A stretch of DNA of 64,000 nucleotides from Marsupella aquatica. Lineage: Eukaryota > Plantae > Marchantiophyta. A program made the position numbers and the translations under genes. How positions within the stretch are numbered: position 1 is the stretch's first letter; every line of letters begins with the position of its first letter. The stretch lies in the NCBI GenBank assembly GCA_973895155.1, contig OZ316898.1, positions 16,413,420 through 16,477,419 of the forward strand, in the 5' to 3' direction. Positions 1 to 12,715 of the stretch are shown here, one piece after another. A model generated the notes under the pieces. That model searched no databases. It worked only from the letters and a program-made list of their open reading frames with translations, and was not told where the DNA came from.

Positions 1-1163
1 TGAGGCCAATGCGCCTTGCTTCACATAGAACCTATAGTACAACACCCAGGACAATACCAAAGTAAGTGAGAAACCAAACTTGGCAATGTTTCAACAGGCC
101 TTGAATTTCTGTTCAGGAAATGGAGGATTTCCTCCATTTGCTCAAAATGGAGGAAATATCATCATAGTTCCTCAAAAAGGAACTCAGCCCAGATTTCTGC
201 TGTTGGCTCACTTCCATAAAACTTGATGCATTCCTAGTACAAAATAGCTCCACAGGAGCAAACCGCAAAAGCCTTCTACCATTTTCAGGCTCGGGTTCAG
301 GCTACTACACTATGAGGGCTTGGAACACCCCCTCTTTGTGCACATGCCAACACACAACTTAAGGCACAATGTGACATAAACTAGCATGCCATCACAATTG
401 GGGCCACTCTAAGGCATGGACAGATTCACCCAGGATGTGTGTTAAAAACCTCACAACCAAAATGGGTCATCCGACGAGTGAGATTAAGCTTTGCATTTTG
501 ATCAAGAGCCGGGTCTAAGGAACACATATTGCACTCTTCATCCAATTCATGGATACATACATTAAGTCGGGCCTTGGATGCGTCAGGCACTCCATCAGTC
601 TTGAGACAAAATACTTCATTGATGGGAAGACGATTAGGTCTTGGGACGCATTGGAGTGCCCTCGACAGACTACTACATCTAAAGGGGGCAACATCCCAAT
701 AGTAGCAGAGGACCCCAAGACCTCTAAGGAGAAATTTATCTAGGACCATCAACCTGTACAGCCTGCGGACACGCTTGGTAAGAGTGTCCGCTGTTGGGGT
801 TAGAGCATCCGCACCGGTTTTGCGGGCCAACCCTGCCAAAGGGAAATTTGTCGCGGCCCTTTGGAGGCCTGCATCCGGGCCTGCATCATGATATGGCCCA
901 GGTGCGCAATAGGCATTGCACCCGTGCCTTGTAATCGATGCCTGAAAATTGTTAACTCGCGTTCAAACCCCAGCAACCCAGGTTTGAACTCCCTCCCTGA
1001 CGCAAGAGCTCGTCGCGGCTGTCACAACAATGGAAATATCTACGAGCAAGAACTGAGGCTTCCTCGCCAAAACTCCATAGCTGCACCCCTTCTAGCTTTT
1101 TGTGAGGGTAAAGAACTTTGTTTGATTTCATAGGATTTCTACCACATTGTTCCATCTTGAAGC

Positions 1164-4100
1164 ATGGAGATTGAATTTGCGCTTGCAGATTGAAGATGAG
1201 CTTAATTCAATGGAGGAGGAGCAAGATTTCTGGAGAGGGCTACATTGGCTGGCCCCTTGTCTCTCCAAGGGCTCGGTACATTTGAGCAGAAACAACGCAA
1301 ACAAGCTGGGGGATCAGTGCCTGGGACGAGGCCCAATAAAGATCGGAAGAGAGAGCGAGGACATCAAGTAATTTGGGATGATTACTTTGCAGAGAATTGT
1401 ACGTATGACAACAAAGATTTTTTACGTAGGTTTAGGATGACGAGAAGATTGTTTCACAAAATTCACGTAGCAGTTTGTGCACATGATAGCTTCTTCCAAC
1501 AGAGGCGAGATGCTACAAACAAAATGGGGTTATCTGGTCTTCAAAAAATCATAGCTGCGCTTCGACAATTGGCTTTTGGCATTGGGGCGGATGCTACAGA
1601 CAAATATTGTAGACTTGGAGAGTCCACAGCTAGGAAGTCATTGTACAGATTTTGCCTAGCAATTCGACAATTGTATGAGGAAATACTTGAGGAAACCAGA
1701 CAAGAGTGACTTCCTGAGATTGTTGGCTGTGAATGAAAGCAGAGGGCTCCCAGGAATGTTTGCTTTGTTAGACTACATGCACTATGAGTGGAAAAATTGC
1801 CCTGTGGCTTGGCAAGGGCAATTCACAGACAAAGATGGGAACAAATCAATAGTCCTTGAGGCAATTGCAGATCAGGAGCTTTGGATTTGGCATGCCTTCT
1901 TTGGCTTGCCTGGCGATAACAATGACTTGAATGTCTTGGACAGATCTCCTCTGGTGAACGACATGTTGCACCAGCACTATGACCAACTGAACTACACCAT
2001 CAATGGCACAGAGTACAAGAGAGCTTACCTCTTGGTGGATGGAAATTACCCCAAGTGGTCATGTTTTGTGACAACTTTTCACAAGCCCCAGACACAAAGG
2101 AAATGTTTTTTTGCCAAGAGGCTACTAGAAAAGATGTTGAAAGAGCCTTTGGAGTTCTTCAAGCAAGATGGGGAATTGTGAAGCAGCGAGCAAGAGCTTG
2201 GCATCTAGATAGCCCGGTGCATACAATTTTGATGGCTTGCATTGTCCTTCACAACATGATTATCAAGGATGAGAGAGGGGAGGAGTGTGATGCATAGCCA
2301 GGAATCACTAGGCCAGTTAAAATGGTAAAACCGGGAGTGTACCCTGAAAACACCTTAGTATAGTAACAAAACAAGGAAAATATAAACAATTAAGGGTAAT
2401 TATGGAACCCGAGCCGAGGCCGGAAGTAAGGACGCCACGGTAGGGAACGCGATTAGGGTTAGGGCGCGCTAAGTGTCGGCGGCTATGGGTAACCAACGGG
2501 AAGGGAGACCAAGCAAAGGGGGGGTAAGGACCGATCACAAGGAATGGCGGCTCATTTGCAAGCACGAACCTAGTAGATGATTACGAGAAGCCAACTACTA
2601 TCAGCTACTTAGGCAAGCACTCTGGGCGGGAGTAGATACTGACTATCAACTCAAGGAGGGCATGAGCAACGTCAATCAAGTTGCTCATTTTGGGGGATGC
2701 CTGTTCAAACGGGCAACTGAGTACATTGGGACCTACAAGGACGAAGAATCAGAAAGGGCAGCTCGAGAACGGTAGGAGCTCGCTCAACTGTGGGAACTGC
2801 AGAAGTCTGCCTTCCTAGGAGGAGAACTTATCAAGGCTGAGTTCTTGTGGACTCCTACTGCCAATCAGCTCAACGACCTTCTGTTCTGTGAGAAAAAAAT
2901 TGTCGGCATTCGGGAAGCCATCAACCGCTGCAATGAAATACATTGGGACCTAAAGGGTAGCACGAAGGTGTGGACAAAGGCAACCATGCTCGGAGAAACA
3001 TCCATAGCAACCACCATGAAGAGGAAAGGGTCCAACAACGAAGAGGCCACCCCCGCAAAGAGAACAAGGTTGGCGGCACCAAAGAAGCCAGCCTAGCAAG
3101 GGAGGAGGCAGGGGGAAGCCGAAGAAGAGGAGGTCGACCCAATCAATGTCGTTCCAACAAGGGATGACACCTGGAGGGGCTGGGCGTCGACCCTCCCTGA
3201 GGAAGTGCAATTATACTTTGCACAAGAGGAGGATGCATGCTTTACGGCTATGTAGACTCGGAAGTACCAGGGCTTCATGGCCGGATCCGGCTTGGAAGCC
3301 TTCGTGAAATTACCATGGCTGAAGCCGGAGGTGTCGGATTCTGACTTATTAGAATTTGTGGGATCATGGGATTCCGAGACAAATTCCACAAGGGTGTGTT
3401 GGAAGGATTTCTATCTCACTCCCCAAGTGATTGCCGAAGTGTTTGGCTTGCCGATGGGCAATAAGACCAAAGTAGATACTTGGAAGACCTTGCCAGACAA
3501 GGAGTTCAGATCGTTCCTAGGGCCATCAACAAAGAACGGCTTCTTCCGGAACACCTGCATCAACCCGCACATTGGTGAGACGATCGATTTCTTGCGGGTA
3601 ACCATGCATTGCAACTTGCCAAGGCCAGAGATCGGCAAGGCACAGGTCTACCTAGTGGAGAGGCCAGACCCAAGTCGGGACTACAACGGGTACCTCCTCA
3701 CCCACTAAAAAAGATTTTGAAGGGGGAACAATAGGTGATCGGCCAGGGAAGCATATCTCAGCTTGGCTATCACATGTCGTTGTTGTGCTGGTATGCCCGG
3801 AGTCAAATTTTTGCCCCAGTACTTCCCCTGTAGGCAAGGGCACCAGAAGAGGTTCTCGAATAGAGGCCGGCAATAGAGATACCCAACCAGCCCGACAGTC
3901 CTACGATCAACCAAGTGTTTAGGCCGAGGATGGAAAACTTGCCGATGCAGCAACCAGGCATGCAAAATCTTCTGAAATTGTTGGAGAAGGAAAAGAAGGT
4001 TGCGAAGGCAACGACATCGGTACAAGACACTGCTCAAGAGGCAGGCCTAAAGCGACTCACAAGGGAAAACCCCTTTATCAGAGCCAAGGAAAGAAGGAGG

Positions 4101-6024
4101 TCAGAACACGAGCCAGGGGTTCGGATGTATGTGGGAGCCGCGAGTCCAAAAATCGATGGAGAGCAGCCCAAAGCTCCTAGTCGCGATGAAGAGAAGGAGA
4201 GGACAGCTTGGAAGCCGGAGGAGGAACCAGGACCCGTGAGCTGTGTTCCGCAAGAGGCCGTGTTCACAGCAAGACCAGGAGAGCAGCGGGGGGAGCCGGT
4301 AGTCCAAGCCGAGAAGGAGGTGGTGGAGGACTACGGCAATGACGACTCCGGCTACGGGTCGGACCATCATGTCTCAGGAGTGAGGACATGTGGCCGCTTC
4401 ATCCCCACGCTTCCTAGAGTAGTTTGAGGGGACCCCAACCAGCAGAGCAGCCCTGAGTCTCCCCCACCAGACGTCGCTCCCCTGAGATTTGACGGGATAA
4501 AACAGATAGCACAGGAGTTGCAAGAGCCACTCAGGGAAGAAGAGGAGGGAGCCCTGGCCAAGGAGAAGGATTTACCTGGGGGAGAATGGCCAGAGGACAT
4601 TCGGAGGCTTGCAGAAAAACAAAGCAGCCCTCCACCCACATCAGAAGAGGTCCAAAAGACGGCTTGGGAACAAAGGTCGCGGTAGGTGATGCTAATGACT
4701 ACTACTCACTCCACATATGCGCAAGACAGAGCCATGGAGTACGGGGAGATGTGTGGGGAATTTGCGCTCAACATCTTTGGGGAGGAGTTGGAGCAAGGAC
4801 CTTTTTTCTAGAGAGAGATGTTGGAAAAAAGCCGATTGGAGGAAGCGGTGGCTTTGGAGAGGATGAAGAAGGACGAGGTCATCCGACGGCTTAGGGAGAA
4901 GTAAGTCGAGGCAGACCTAAAGGCGGCCAAGAAAGCCCAAGATGAGCTACGGATTAAGCGGCATGAGCTCAACATCATGCAGGGGCAACTGGATACCGCT
5001 CAGTCTGATAATCAGATTATCAAGGATAAACTGACTTGGACCCAAGGGGAGTTGGCTGACGCGATCAAGGAAAAGGAGAAATGGAAGCGGGAGCTGAAGG
5101 ACACAGAGGAGGCCTACATACCAACCAACAATTGGGCCATGGCAGAGACATAGAGGAAGGAGAGGGCGCTGAAGGGGGAGCTCGAGGATCTCCGCGGAGC
5201 CCTTGAGCAGAAGAAGGCCAAGTTAGGGGAATCATATCAAGGGATTATTGTGCTACAACAAGAGCTTGCATCCTTGACGGCCAGCTTCAAGGCCGGCGTG
5301 CGTGAGAAGGACGATATGCTCTATCAAACTTATCCCAAGATGAACCAGATGTTGTCTGAGGTCGTCCGAGAGCTCAACAAGGAACTGAGAGCAACCCAGG
5401 AAGAGAGGGCTGCCTTGCAGAAGGAATTGGAGGAAGTGTGGAAAGAGTTGGAGAAGGCGCGCGGGGACCTGGACAAAATGCAGGAAGAATTGGAGGAAAG
5501 CACGCGAAAGCTGGAGAACTTACAACGGCGAGCCGACAACCAAACGGAGCGGCTGAAGAAACAAGCCGCAGTATTTAAGTGCTTGGTCTCATCAGTTCAA
5601 GCTCCAATTGTGGCAACAAGGTTGCCAGGGGTAGTACTGGCCGAGGGACAAGCCGCAACACTCACACCGGTGCCGAAGGTAAGTGGCAAAGGGGAAGGGA
5701 CCAGCTGCCAAACCAGGGAAGAAGAAGAAGCAGAAACCTTTTGGGTCAAGGAGCAACGCGGCTTCTCAAGCCACCATGACCAAGGAGGAGAACACGGCAC
5801 CAGCCTCAGGCAAGGTCATGGCAGAGGATTCAACTGTCCTAGAAGGCGGGGATGGCAAGGCCGAGGCAGGTCATTTGCTTGCTGTTCAGAGAGGAAGAAT
5901 GCCCTGGAGAGACTACCTAGCTGCCACAAGGGAGCTGGAGAATTCAATTAGTTGGAACACCCTCATAAATGATTTAATTGAACATTTGTGGAAACTGAAG
6001 GGTGACATCCGATTGGAAGAGTAG
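1164..6024 (+). pseudogene. Harbinger transposase (plant DDE nuclease), frameshifted and split by the 2319-5886 insertion
   Basis: Family motifs FLRRFRMTRRLF, LDYMHYEWKNCPVAWQG, LEAIADQELWIWHAFFG..NNDLNVLDRSP, YLLVDGNYP, RKDVERAFGVLQARW, ACIVLHNMII (1245-2297). The C-terminal NDLIEHLW motif lies in 5887-6024, in frame once the insertion is removed. Start position approximate. Confidence 0.9.
2544..5883 (+). pseudogene. Captured fragment of a retrotransposon accessory gene (plant-transposon-protein-like N-terminal part plus long coiled coil)
   Basis: Degraded long reading frame (ORFs 2845, 3277, 3915, 5250) with LLEFVGSWD...FYLTPQVIAEVFGLP. The 5070-5870 part is clearly homologous to the minus-strand ORF at 38452-39360 (shared QGIIVLQQELASL and ENLQRRADNQTERLKKQA). 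Confidence 0.7.
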
Positions 6025-7212
6025 TTGCCTAGAAGCATTGTATGAAAATACATGAACAATAAAACCTTTTATTCAGCTATGTGGTATACAAAATTCAGCT
6101 TTGTAGAACTTTGGCAGAGCTATGTGCTATACAAAATTCAGCTTTGTAGAACTTTCTCTCTACGTACTGTCAGACAATTTCTTCAACATTGACGTCAATG
6201 ACAATGCATTCGCAGCAGGATACCCCTACATGAAAATAATGTGACGATAAGCCCACAATAAAATCTATCGAATTAGTCCTACAAGACAAGACATACAAAA
6301 AATGATGTGCAAAGAATGATGCCGACCCACAACCGTTCAAGTGTCAAATTGATCTTCTTCCTCATTGTTGTCTGACTCTTGTAGGCTGCAAAGGAGGGCT
6401 CGGTCATATGAATTTGAAGCCCACTCATTCAGCACATAGTGAACTCTAGGAGTCTTCTACCTCGATGGCTGTGGGGCCTTCTCCTTTGCAATGGGAGTTT
6501 GACTATGCATGGGCCTCACAATGGATGGCACTGGCTGTGAACGAGCAGTGGAGCTTTTTGAGCTTGAGGTTGACATACTTGATGAGGGCCGGTAATTTCA
6601 GGTCGAATAGCTTCCTTAGCCCCTACGCACACCAATACCACGACCTCCCAACACCTAATTGAACCTGAAATAAGGAGCTCTGGGCAACTCCTTTCTCCAA
6701 ATTTTACAGATTTGCGAAGGCAAAATGCAAGTAGGCTTTCCCCGGCAAGAAAATGCAAGCAAGATAGGCCAAAAAATGCGAGCTTCTCAAACCTGCTTGC
6801 ACACAAAAACACAAGCTGCTGGAAATCCTGGTGTGCACAATAAAAGACCACGAAACTTGCCCTAGCCTGGTGACAAGACCAAGAAGATGTCAGGCCTGTA
6901 CCGAGGAGCTCACATGTCTATACCGTGGGAGCTCTAAGGTCTGTATAGTGGAGCTCTCAGGTCTGTACCGTGGGAGACAAGGCCATACTGAATTGCCTGA
7001 CATTTGGGTACACAATCTTACGAGCTTGTACATGTGACAATTGGGGCATGCATGCTTCACAAATTAATTGCAGAGCATAATTGAGTCACAAATTGAGTCA
7101 CAATTTACCACCATTGGTCCAAAAAACTTCAATTTAGAATTGAGTACATATACGCATATAAAGCAAAACATGAAAAAAATCTAAGAATTTTAATTGACTA
7201 CTGGGGGGATGC

Positions 7213-8142
7213 TCAATCAATTTCATCTGCCGGTGAAGACTCTTCATCACTAGGCAGTGGACTTGGAAGCAAAGTCTTGGATACCCTGAGTGGGAAAGGG
7301 GAGTGTACTGGAGGGCTCCCAGTTGAGATCTTGTCCATCAACTTGGCGATTTCATTACTTTTCCAATATCTCAAAAAGTCCAATGTGTCACTGTCGAGGT
7401 GCGTTGTAGGCAAGGTAAGCATATTCATGAATGTTTGGCTTTCCAAAACTCTCAAACGTTGCACTCCTGTTTCAGCCATCACCTTTTGAGCTTGGGCAGA
7501 CATCTTGAAAGCATCTTCATGAGCTTTTAGTTTCTTTGCATTCTCCTTTGCCAGCTTGGTTCCAAGCGGTCTCTTGCTTGAATTTCCTTGAGAACTGTCC
7601 TGCTCATTTGGGTCCTTCTCTACTTCGGACTGAAGATTGCTTGGCCCCTCGTCTGACAGGCGGGTGTACTCCTGATCTCCTTGCTCCCTACATGGTGTCC
7701 CCACTGGTTGCTTCCGTTTGCCATTTCCCTTGGACATCTGGTCTTTTGGCAGCATCCACCTTGGGCAGTCCTTGAGAATTTCATAGCACACTGGAAAGGA
7801 AAAATCTTTCCCCTTTGAATGTCGAGTCTTGTACAACTCTTTTGCCTTATTCAATGTGTCATCGCTATTGGTACCAGAAATGTCAAGATCCTCAACTAAT
7901 TTATAGCATCCAATAAAATGAGTTGTGGCCTTCCGAACATCGCCCCACTTGCTCTCAAGCGATTTTGCTGTTCTACTCTCAAGTCCTTTTGACTTATTTC
8001 TATCATAGTGCTCCCCGACACATTCCCAAAAATTCTCCCTCTTTTGCCCAGACCCAACACACGGGTCCTGTGAAATCTCCAAGTACGAGTAGCAAAGTTG
8101 CTTCAGTTCTGCTGGACTAAAATTCTTCCCTCGTTGGGCCAT
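7213..8142 (-). CDS. Harbinger Myb/SANT-like DNA-binding protein (NAM-associated-type C-terminus), 309 aa, open
   Basis: RGKNFSPAELKQLCYSYLEISQDPCVGSGQKRENFW...RTAKSLESKW...FSFPVCYEILKDCPRW...RPLGTKLAK, typical of Harbinger ORF1; lies inside the TIRs. Confidence 0.88.
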   Translation of the reverse strand: MAQRGKNFSPAELKQLCYSYLEISQDPCVGSGQKRENFWECVGEHYDRNKSKGLESRTAKSLESKWGDVRKATTHFIGCYKLVEDLDISGTNSDDTLNKAKELYKTRHSKGKDFSFPVCYEILKDCPRWMLPKDQMSKGNGKRKQPVGTPCREQGDQEYTRLSDEGPSNLQSEVEKDPNEQDSSQGNSSKRPLGTKLAKENAKKLKAHEDAFKMSAQAQKVMAETGVQRLRVLESQTFMNMLTLPTTHLDSDTLDFLRYWKSNEIAKLMDKISTGSPPVHSPFPLRVSKTLLPSPLPSDEESSPADEID

Positions 8143-11100
8143 GTCGTTAGATCACACACAAGGCACTGTCAATCACTGTGCATGCACTGTGTTGTACGTT
8201 AAAATTTGGGAGTCGGGACCACAATAGGTGCGCAGAAAAACGGGTGCTGCACTATGCACTCGACAAGCATGGCAGAGCACACTCGACAAGCTTTGGCAGA
8301 GCTCTGCCTTTGAATGCAGACACTGGCGCCAATTTCAGAAAAAAAGTGAGGGAACGCTACAGGGTGCTTGGGATATATGTCAACATGTGGCGCGGGCTGG
8401 AGCGTAGATGATGTTTGGCAGCATTGGCAAAAGGGGAATGCGGACCTGGAAAAGGGGCAAGTATTCTGGTGGGGAAACTATTGGACGCAAACACCTACAT
8501 AAATTTTTGCAATACGGAGCACCGGTGCAACCCAATAAAATACCTTAACCTTGTATAATCTGCGATATGCCAGCCCGCAGCCCAATGGCGAGCACCGGTG
8601 GGAATGCTCTTATGGAACAGGTGCTCACCATACCTCACAAGGTTTGGGTCATTGCTTACTGAATGTAGGCGGTTAACCAAGGAATATGGTAATGCTTCTC
8701 GGACCATGAACCCTTGAATGCAATGGAAGCTTCACAAACCTGCAACAAATGAAGTTGAAAACATCAATATATAGGTATAGTAAACAACAATGGACTTACA
8801 TGAAAACACATGTGTAGGCACATTCCAGACCAAGCTCCAAGTGCTTACCAGAAAAATAGAACAAATATAGTTTACTGCACCATCGACTATATAACATGTA
8901 AAAGTTGGCTGACATTGAATTCATCCTAATTCAAAAAACATTTGAAGTTTGACATTCACAATCATCCCAACCCAACCAAGCTCTGCGACTCTAGCCAGTG
9001 CTCCACTTGTGTTCTTGACTTGAAGGACCTATAATATTCCCACTAAAAATGTAGGACTTGCTCCATTGCAGCTTGTTGACATTTGTAAATGCCTGGGATA
9101 TGACCTCTAGGCATTGCATAGTAACGTGGTTTACAATGGCTATCATGCAATGTTAAACTACAATATTCACCATGACATGTACTCTGAATGTGTTGCTATT
9201 GCCCCAGATCATGCTCAACTACATTAGGAGCCAACATTTCCGCCTGGGGATGAGCAAGAGCAATGCATCGCTCCAAAAGTTCATGCAGAAATTAAAAAAA
9301 GCTGGCTGAGTAGACCCAGCAACGTCCATAGCATATTCACGGTGCACAACCCCACCGCAAAGCACAAAAAACCCACAATTACTTGTGTGGACAGGTGTCG
9401 GATACACTGAATTTTGACTCCCATGCCATATTGCCAACAAACAGACGTCGACCTATTTCACTCCAATTTGCCCAACAAATCACAAGGGCGGGGACATTGG
9501 CAATTTGTAAACATTTTTAAAAACCTGAACAGATTTGAACAAATTCCAACAAACCCTCCTAAACCCTAAAAATCCACCCAAGGAGACAACCCAAACTTCT
9601 ACACCAAAAACAATGGGTTATTACCTTGTTCCGATAGCCGCTAGTGTTGACAAGAACCTTGATCTCTCCTGTTGATCCTTACTTGTCCCTGCAATAGAGG
9701 GGTGTGTTTCATTTACAAACCCTAAAAAGAAAGGAACCCAAAAGCAAAAGTAATAGACCCAATACAAAACAATGTGTTTAGTAGTCATTGTGGGTTCAAC
9801 ATAAATACCTGGTGTCATTTCACAACAACATTCTTCTTTGAAACCTGCCCCATATGAAAGTGGCAAGGTATGTCCCCTTGCTCGATCCTATTGACAATCT
9901 GAAAAGGGTTGAGCCATGTGGGGGTAAGTCAGTGTGTTCACATACAAATTACCATTCAACAATGTCAAATGGGATATGAAATAGACAAAATCCTGCAATC
10001 TAACTCTGCAAAACCTCACACTAACTGGGCCAATCTTCTTGTAGTATCACACTAGGGACAGAAATAAACATTTAAGGTCCAAAACACGATATTCGTTCCC
10101 ATGGAAGAACATGTAAGGAATGATTTTCTATTGTTTAGCATTTTTGAATGAGTAAGATAATAAAAACACAGGTTTGAGCCTTTTACTATGGTTGCTCAAC
10201 AAGACATAGTTTTGAATGTTTGCTTAACATTGTAAATAAAATAACAAAATGGAAAACAATTAACAAAAAACAAGAAAAATCTTGAGGTATGGTGAGGGAG
10301 TTAGGAAACAACCAAGGTTACTCCTCAACATAACTTTATTTGATATGATTTAGGTGGTATATACGTAAGAAACATTTCTGGAAAAGATTACTCTACTAGG
10401 ATGATCACTAAAATGCCGTCAACATGTATCTCAACTTTTCCTTCCAAGGTACTTAGTGGAGACTAGTAATCAATCACTTTTGTATCCAATCGGTATTTTG
10501 TGTCACAAACAAGAGACACCATCATTATCAAATTTGAAGTCATGAGTTATTGGTAAGTAATCATTCTTAGCATCCCGATGCTCAAGCAAGGTAACGCCAA
10601 CAACTATGCATCAAGAACTTTTAGAATTATGTAGATCTCACCAATTAAGGAATCTACTTCTACACATTCCAAAGATTCAACATCATACAAAGTTTTACTT
10701 CTTTGCTTTGAATTATGAAGTATCCAAATGCAAGGAAGGGAGAAGAAATTATTTGCATTAAGTCACTCTAATACAGATAAAGTTTCTCTCTACAAAGTGA
10801 AGCTCCTTGTGTTGCAATCTGCAACAACAGGCTCATATAATTTCCTCACACAAAAAGTGACAGAAACTCTACTACATATAGGCCACCAGGAACCCAATGG
10901 AAAAGAGACAATGAAAGGACATGCCCTTTCATATCTTAAGGGTCATGGGCTAAAATAAAAGTAACAAAATTATACTACAGTAGTGTTTATGGTTCACATG
11001 AATACTTCTAGGATGTAAAACTAACTAAAAGATATGCCAAGTGTTAACTATTGTAAGAGTGGAATTGTGGTAAAACTAATAAATAGGGGTTTTGTTCTAA

Positions 11101-12050
11101 TTTTAGTTTCTGAACTGAACGTCAGAAAAAAGGTGAGACTTTGCTAGAGGGGTGATTCTACTATGTAAGGGCTATCTCATAGAAAAGTATGAGACTTTTC
11201 TAACTACTTTAACTATTTAATTAAAATTGCAGAGATTGGCTGATCTTCATAAAGACATTAATTTAGAGCTCATTTTTGTTGAATAAGTGTTTTGGAGTCC
11301 AATTCTTGAATCTTCTAGTCTGCATTGCTTCTCCAAATGATGTCCAATATTCATTCTTGGTAGAATGCAAAGAGCAAGGATATATATTGTCGATCCTTGT
11401 CCAATACGGCAATAGCCTCTAATGAAGCATAGCATTAGGTAAAGTGTTAAATTGATCTAAATTGCTACAAAAGGTAACTATATTGCACCTTGAGTTAGAA
11501 AAAGTTCAAAAATTATAATTTTTCTATCATTTCTAACTAATGTACTGTATTACACTTCTTATCCTGGATTGAACACACATTGACTTAACTCTTGGCCGCT
11601 GTTGCAACTGATCCAATATAATCCTACAAGACAAAGTGTAGGAAAAGAGCCACATTTGACCTGCCTGAATACATTGCATTGCGTGGGGCATCGCATATAA
11701 AAAGCAAGAATCAAGAACCCATACCACAAATATCCAACTTCAATTGCCACAGCTTGTTGCCCCCAACCAGCCAACTGCGTCAATCTAGTTGCACTTGTGC
11801 AAAACCTGCTAACCAGCTAGACAATGTCAATCTTCAAAGAACTAGGGGATGCGATAGAAACTTGACCACAAACGGGCCACAAACCAGCCAGCATTTTTTC
11901 AAGCTAAGTAGGTAAACTGACCTCATCGTGATTTCTTCGGGCTCCTTGACACACCCTTGGAGTAATTTGTGCCGCTGTTGGGGGCCCTCCTATGAGCGCT
12001 CCAATCTCGGCTCTTGGTATTACACTGCAAAAAGACATGCAGGATCCTAC

Positions 12051-12715
12051 CCCTGGGCCCCCAGCCTTTGTAAACTAAAGAGGTATACATGCGTACACCC
12101 CCCTCCTTAGTACCCCTTATTATTTTTGGAAGCCTATAAAAATTTCTCTTGTTATTCTTAAAAACTTAATTTTGGAGAATAAATCTGCCCCTTTGAGATA
12201 TTATAATTTCACATTTTACACCATTTATGAAAGCCTTGAAAAGTTATAAATTCATCATTTGCACACGGTTCTAAAATTGACGGGAGTGTTTTGGAAGGGT
12301 TTTGGGTACATACATTTTTGTGTTCGTGACCCTTTAACCCCAAACTTCAACTTTGGGGCATTTTTGAACCACACGGCAGGGTAATCAGGGTTCAAAAGCT
12401 CCAAAGTCCTAAACTACTCTGAATCATAGATGTTGCAAGCATAATTATATGTCATATACACATGTTCCAATAAAGGGTGGCCACAAGGACCAATCCTATT
12501 TTGACGCGTGTCACATCCATATTACATCACCTCTTGAAGCATATTAACTTGGGCAACATTTATATAAGCCTATATTAGTTAGAAAGGGTTCTTTGAATAA
12601 AACCATCCCTTGATATTTCTAAGCCAATTATAAAAATTAATTTCAAATCAGATTTTTTGCACCCTTCATCCGTTCGCACGTCCAACCCATTATTAATAAT
12701 GCTGGGGGCCCAGGG
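12051..12715. mobile_element. Non-autonomous TIR element (MITE) with 8-bp TSD
   Basis: Perfect 15-bp TIRs CCCTGGGCCCCCAGC / GCTGGGGGCCCAGGG; TSD GATCCTAC at 12043-12050 and 12716-12723; no credible coding capacity. Superfamily (hAT, MULE or other) unresolved. Confidence 0.85.

Larger units (their letters stand above)
803..8609. mobile_element. PIF/Harbinger DNA transposon (defective)
   Basis: 16-bp TIRs GAGCATCCGCACCGGT (803-818) and ACCGGTGGGAATGCTC (8594-8609, 2 mismatches); TTA target-site duplication at 800-802 and 8610-8612; convergent transposase (+) and Myb/SANT-like (-) genes. Confidence 0.93.

Noticed and set aside
2319-5886. DIRS/tyrosine-recombinase element, suggested by the trinucleotide junctions
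   Set aside because: No RT, recombinase, or inverted or split repeats, and the insert ends in the middle of an ORF.
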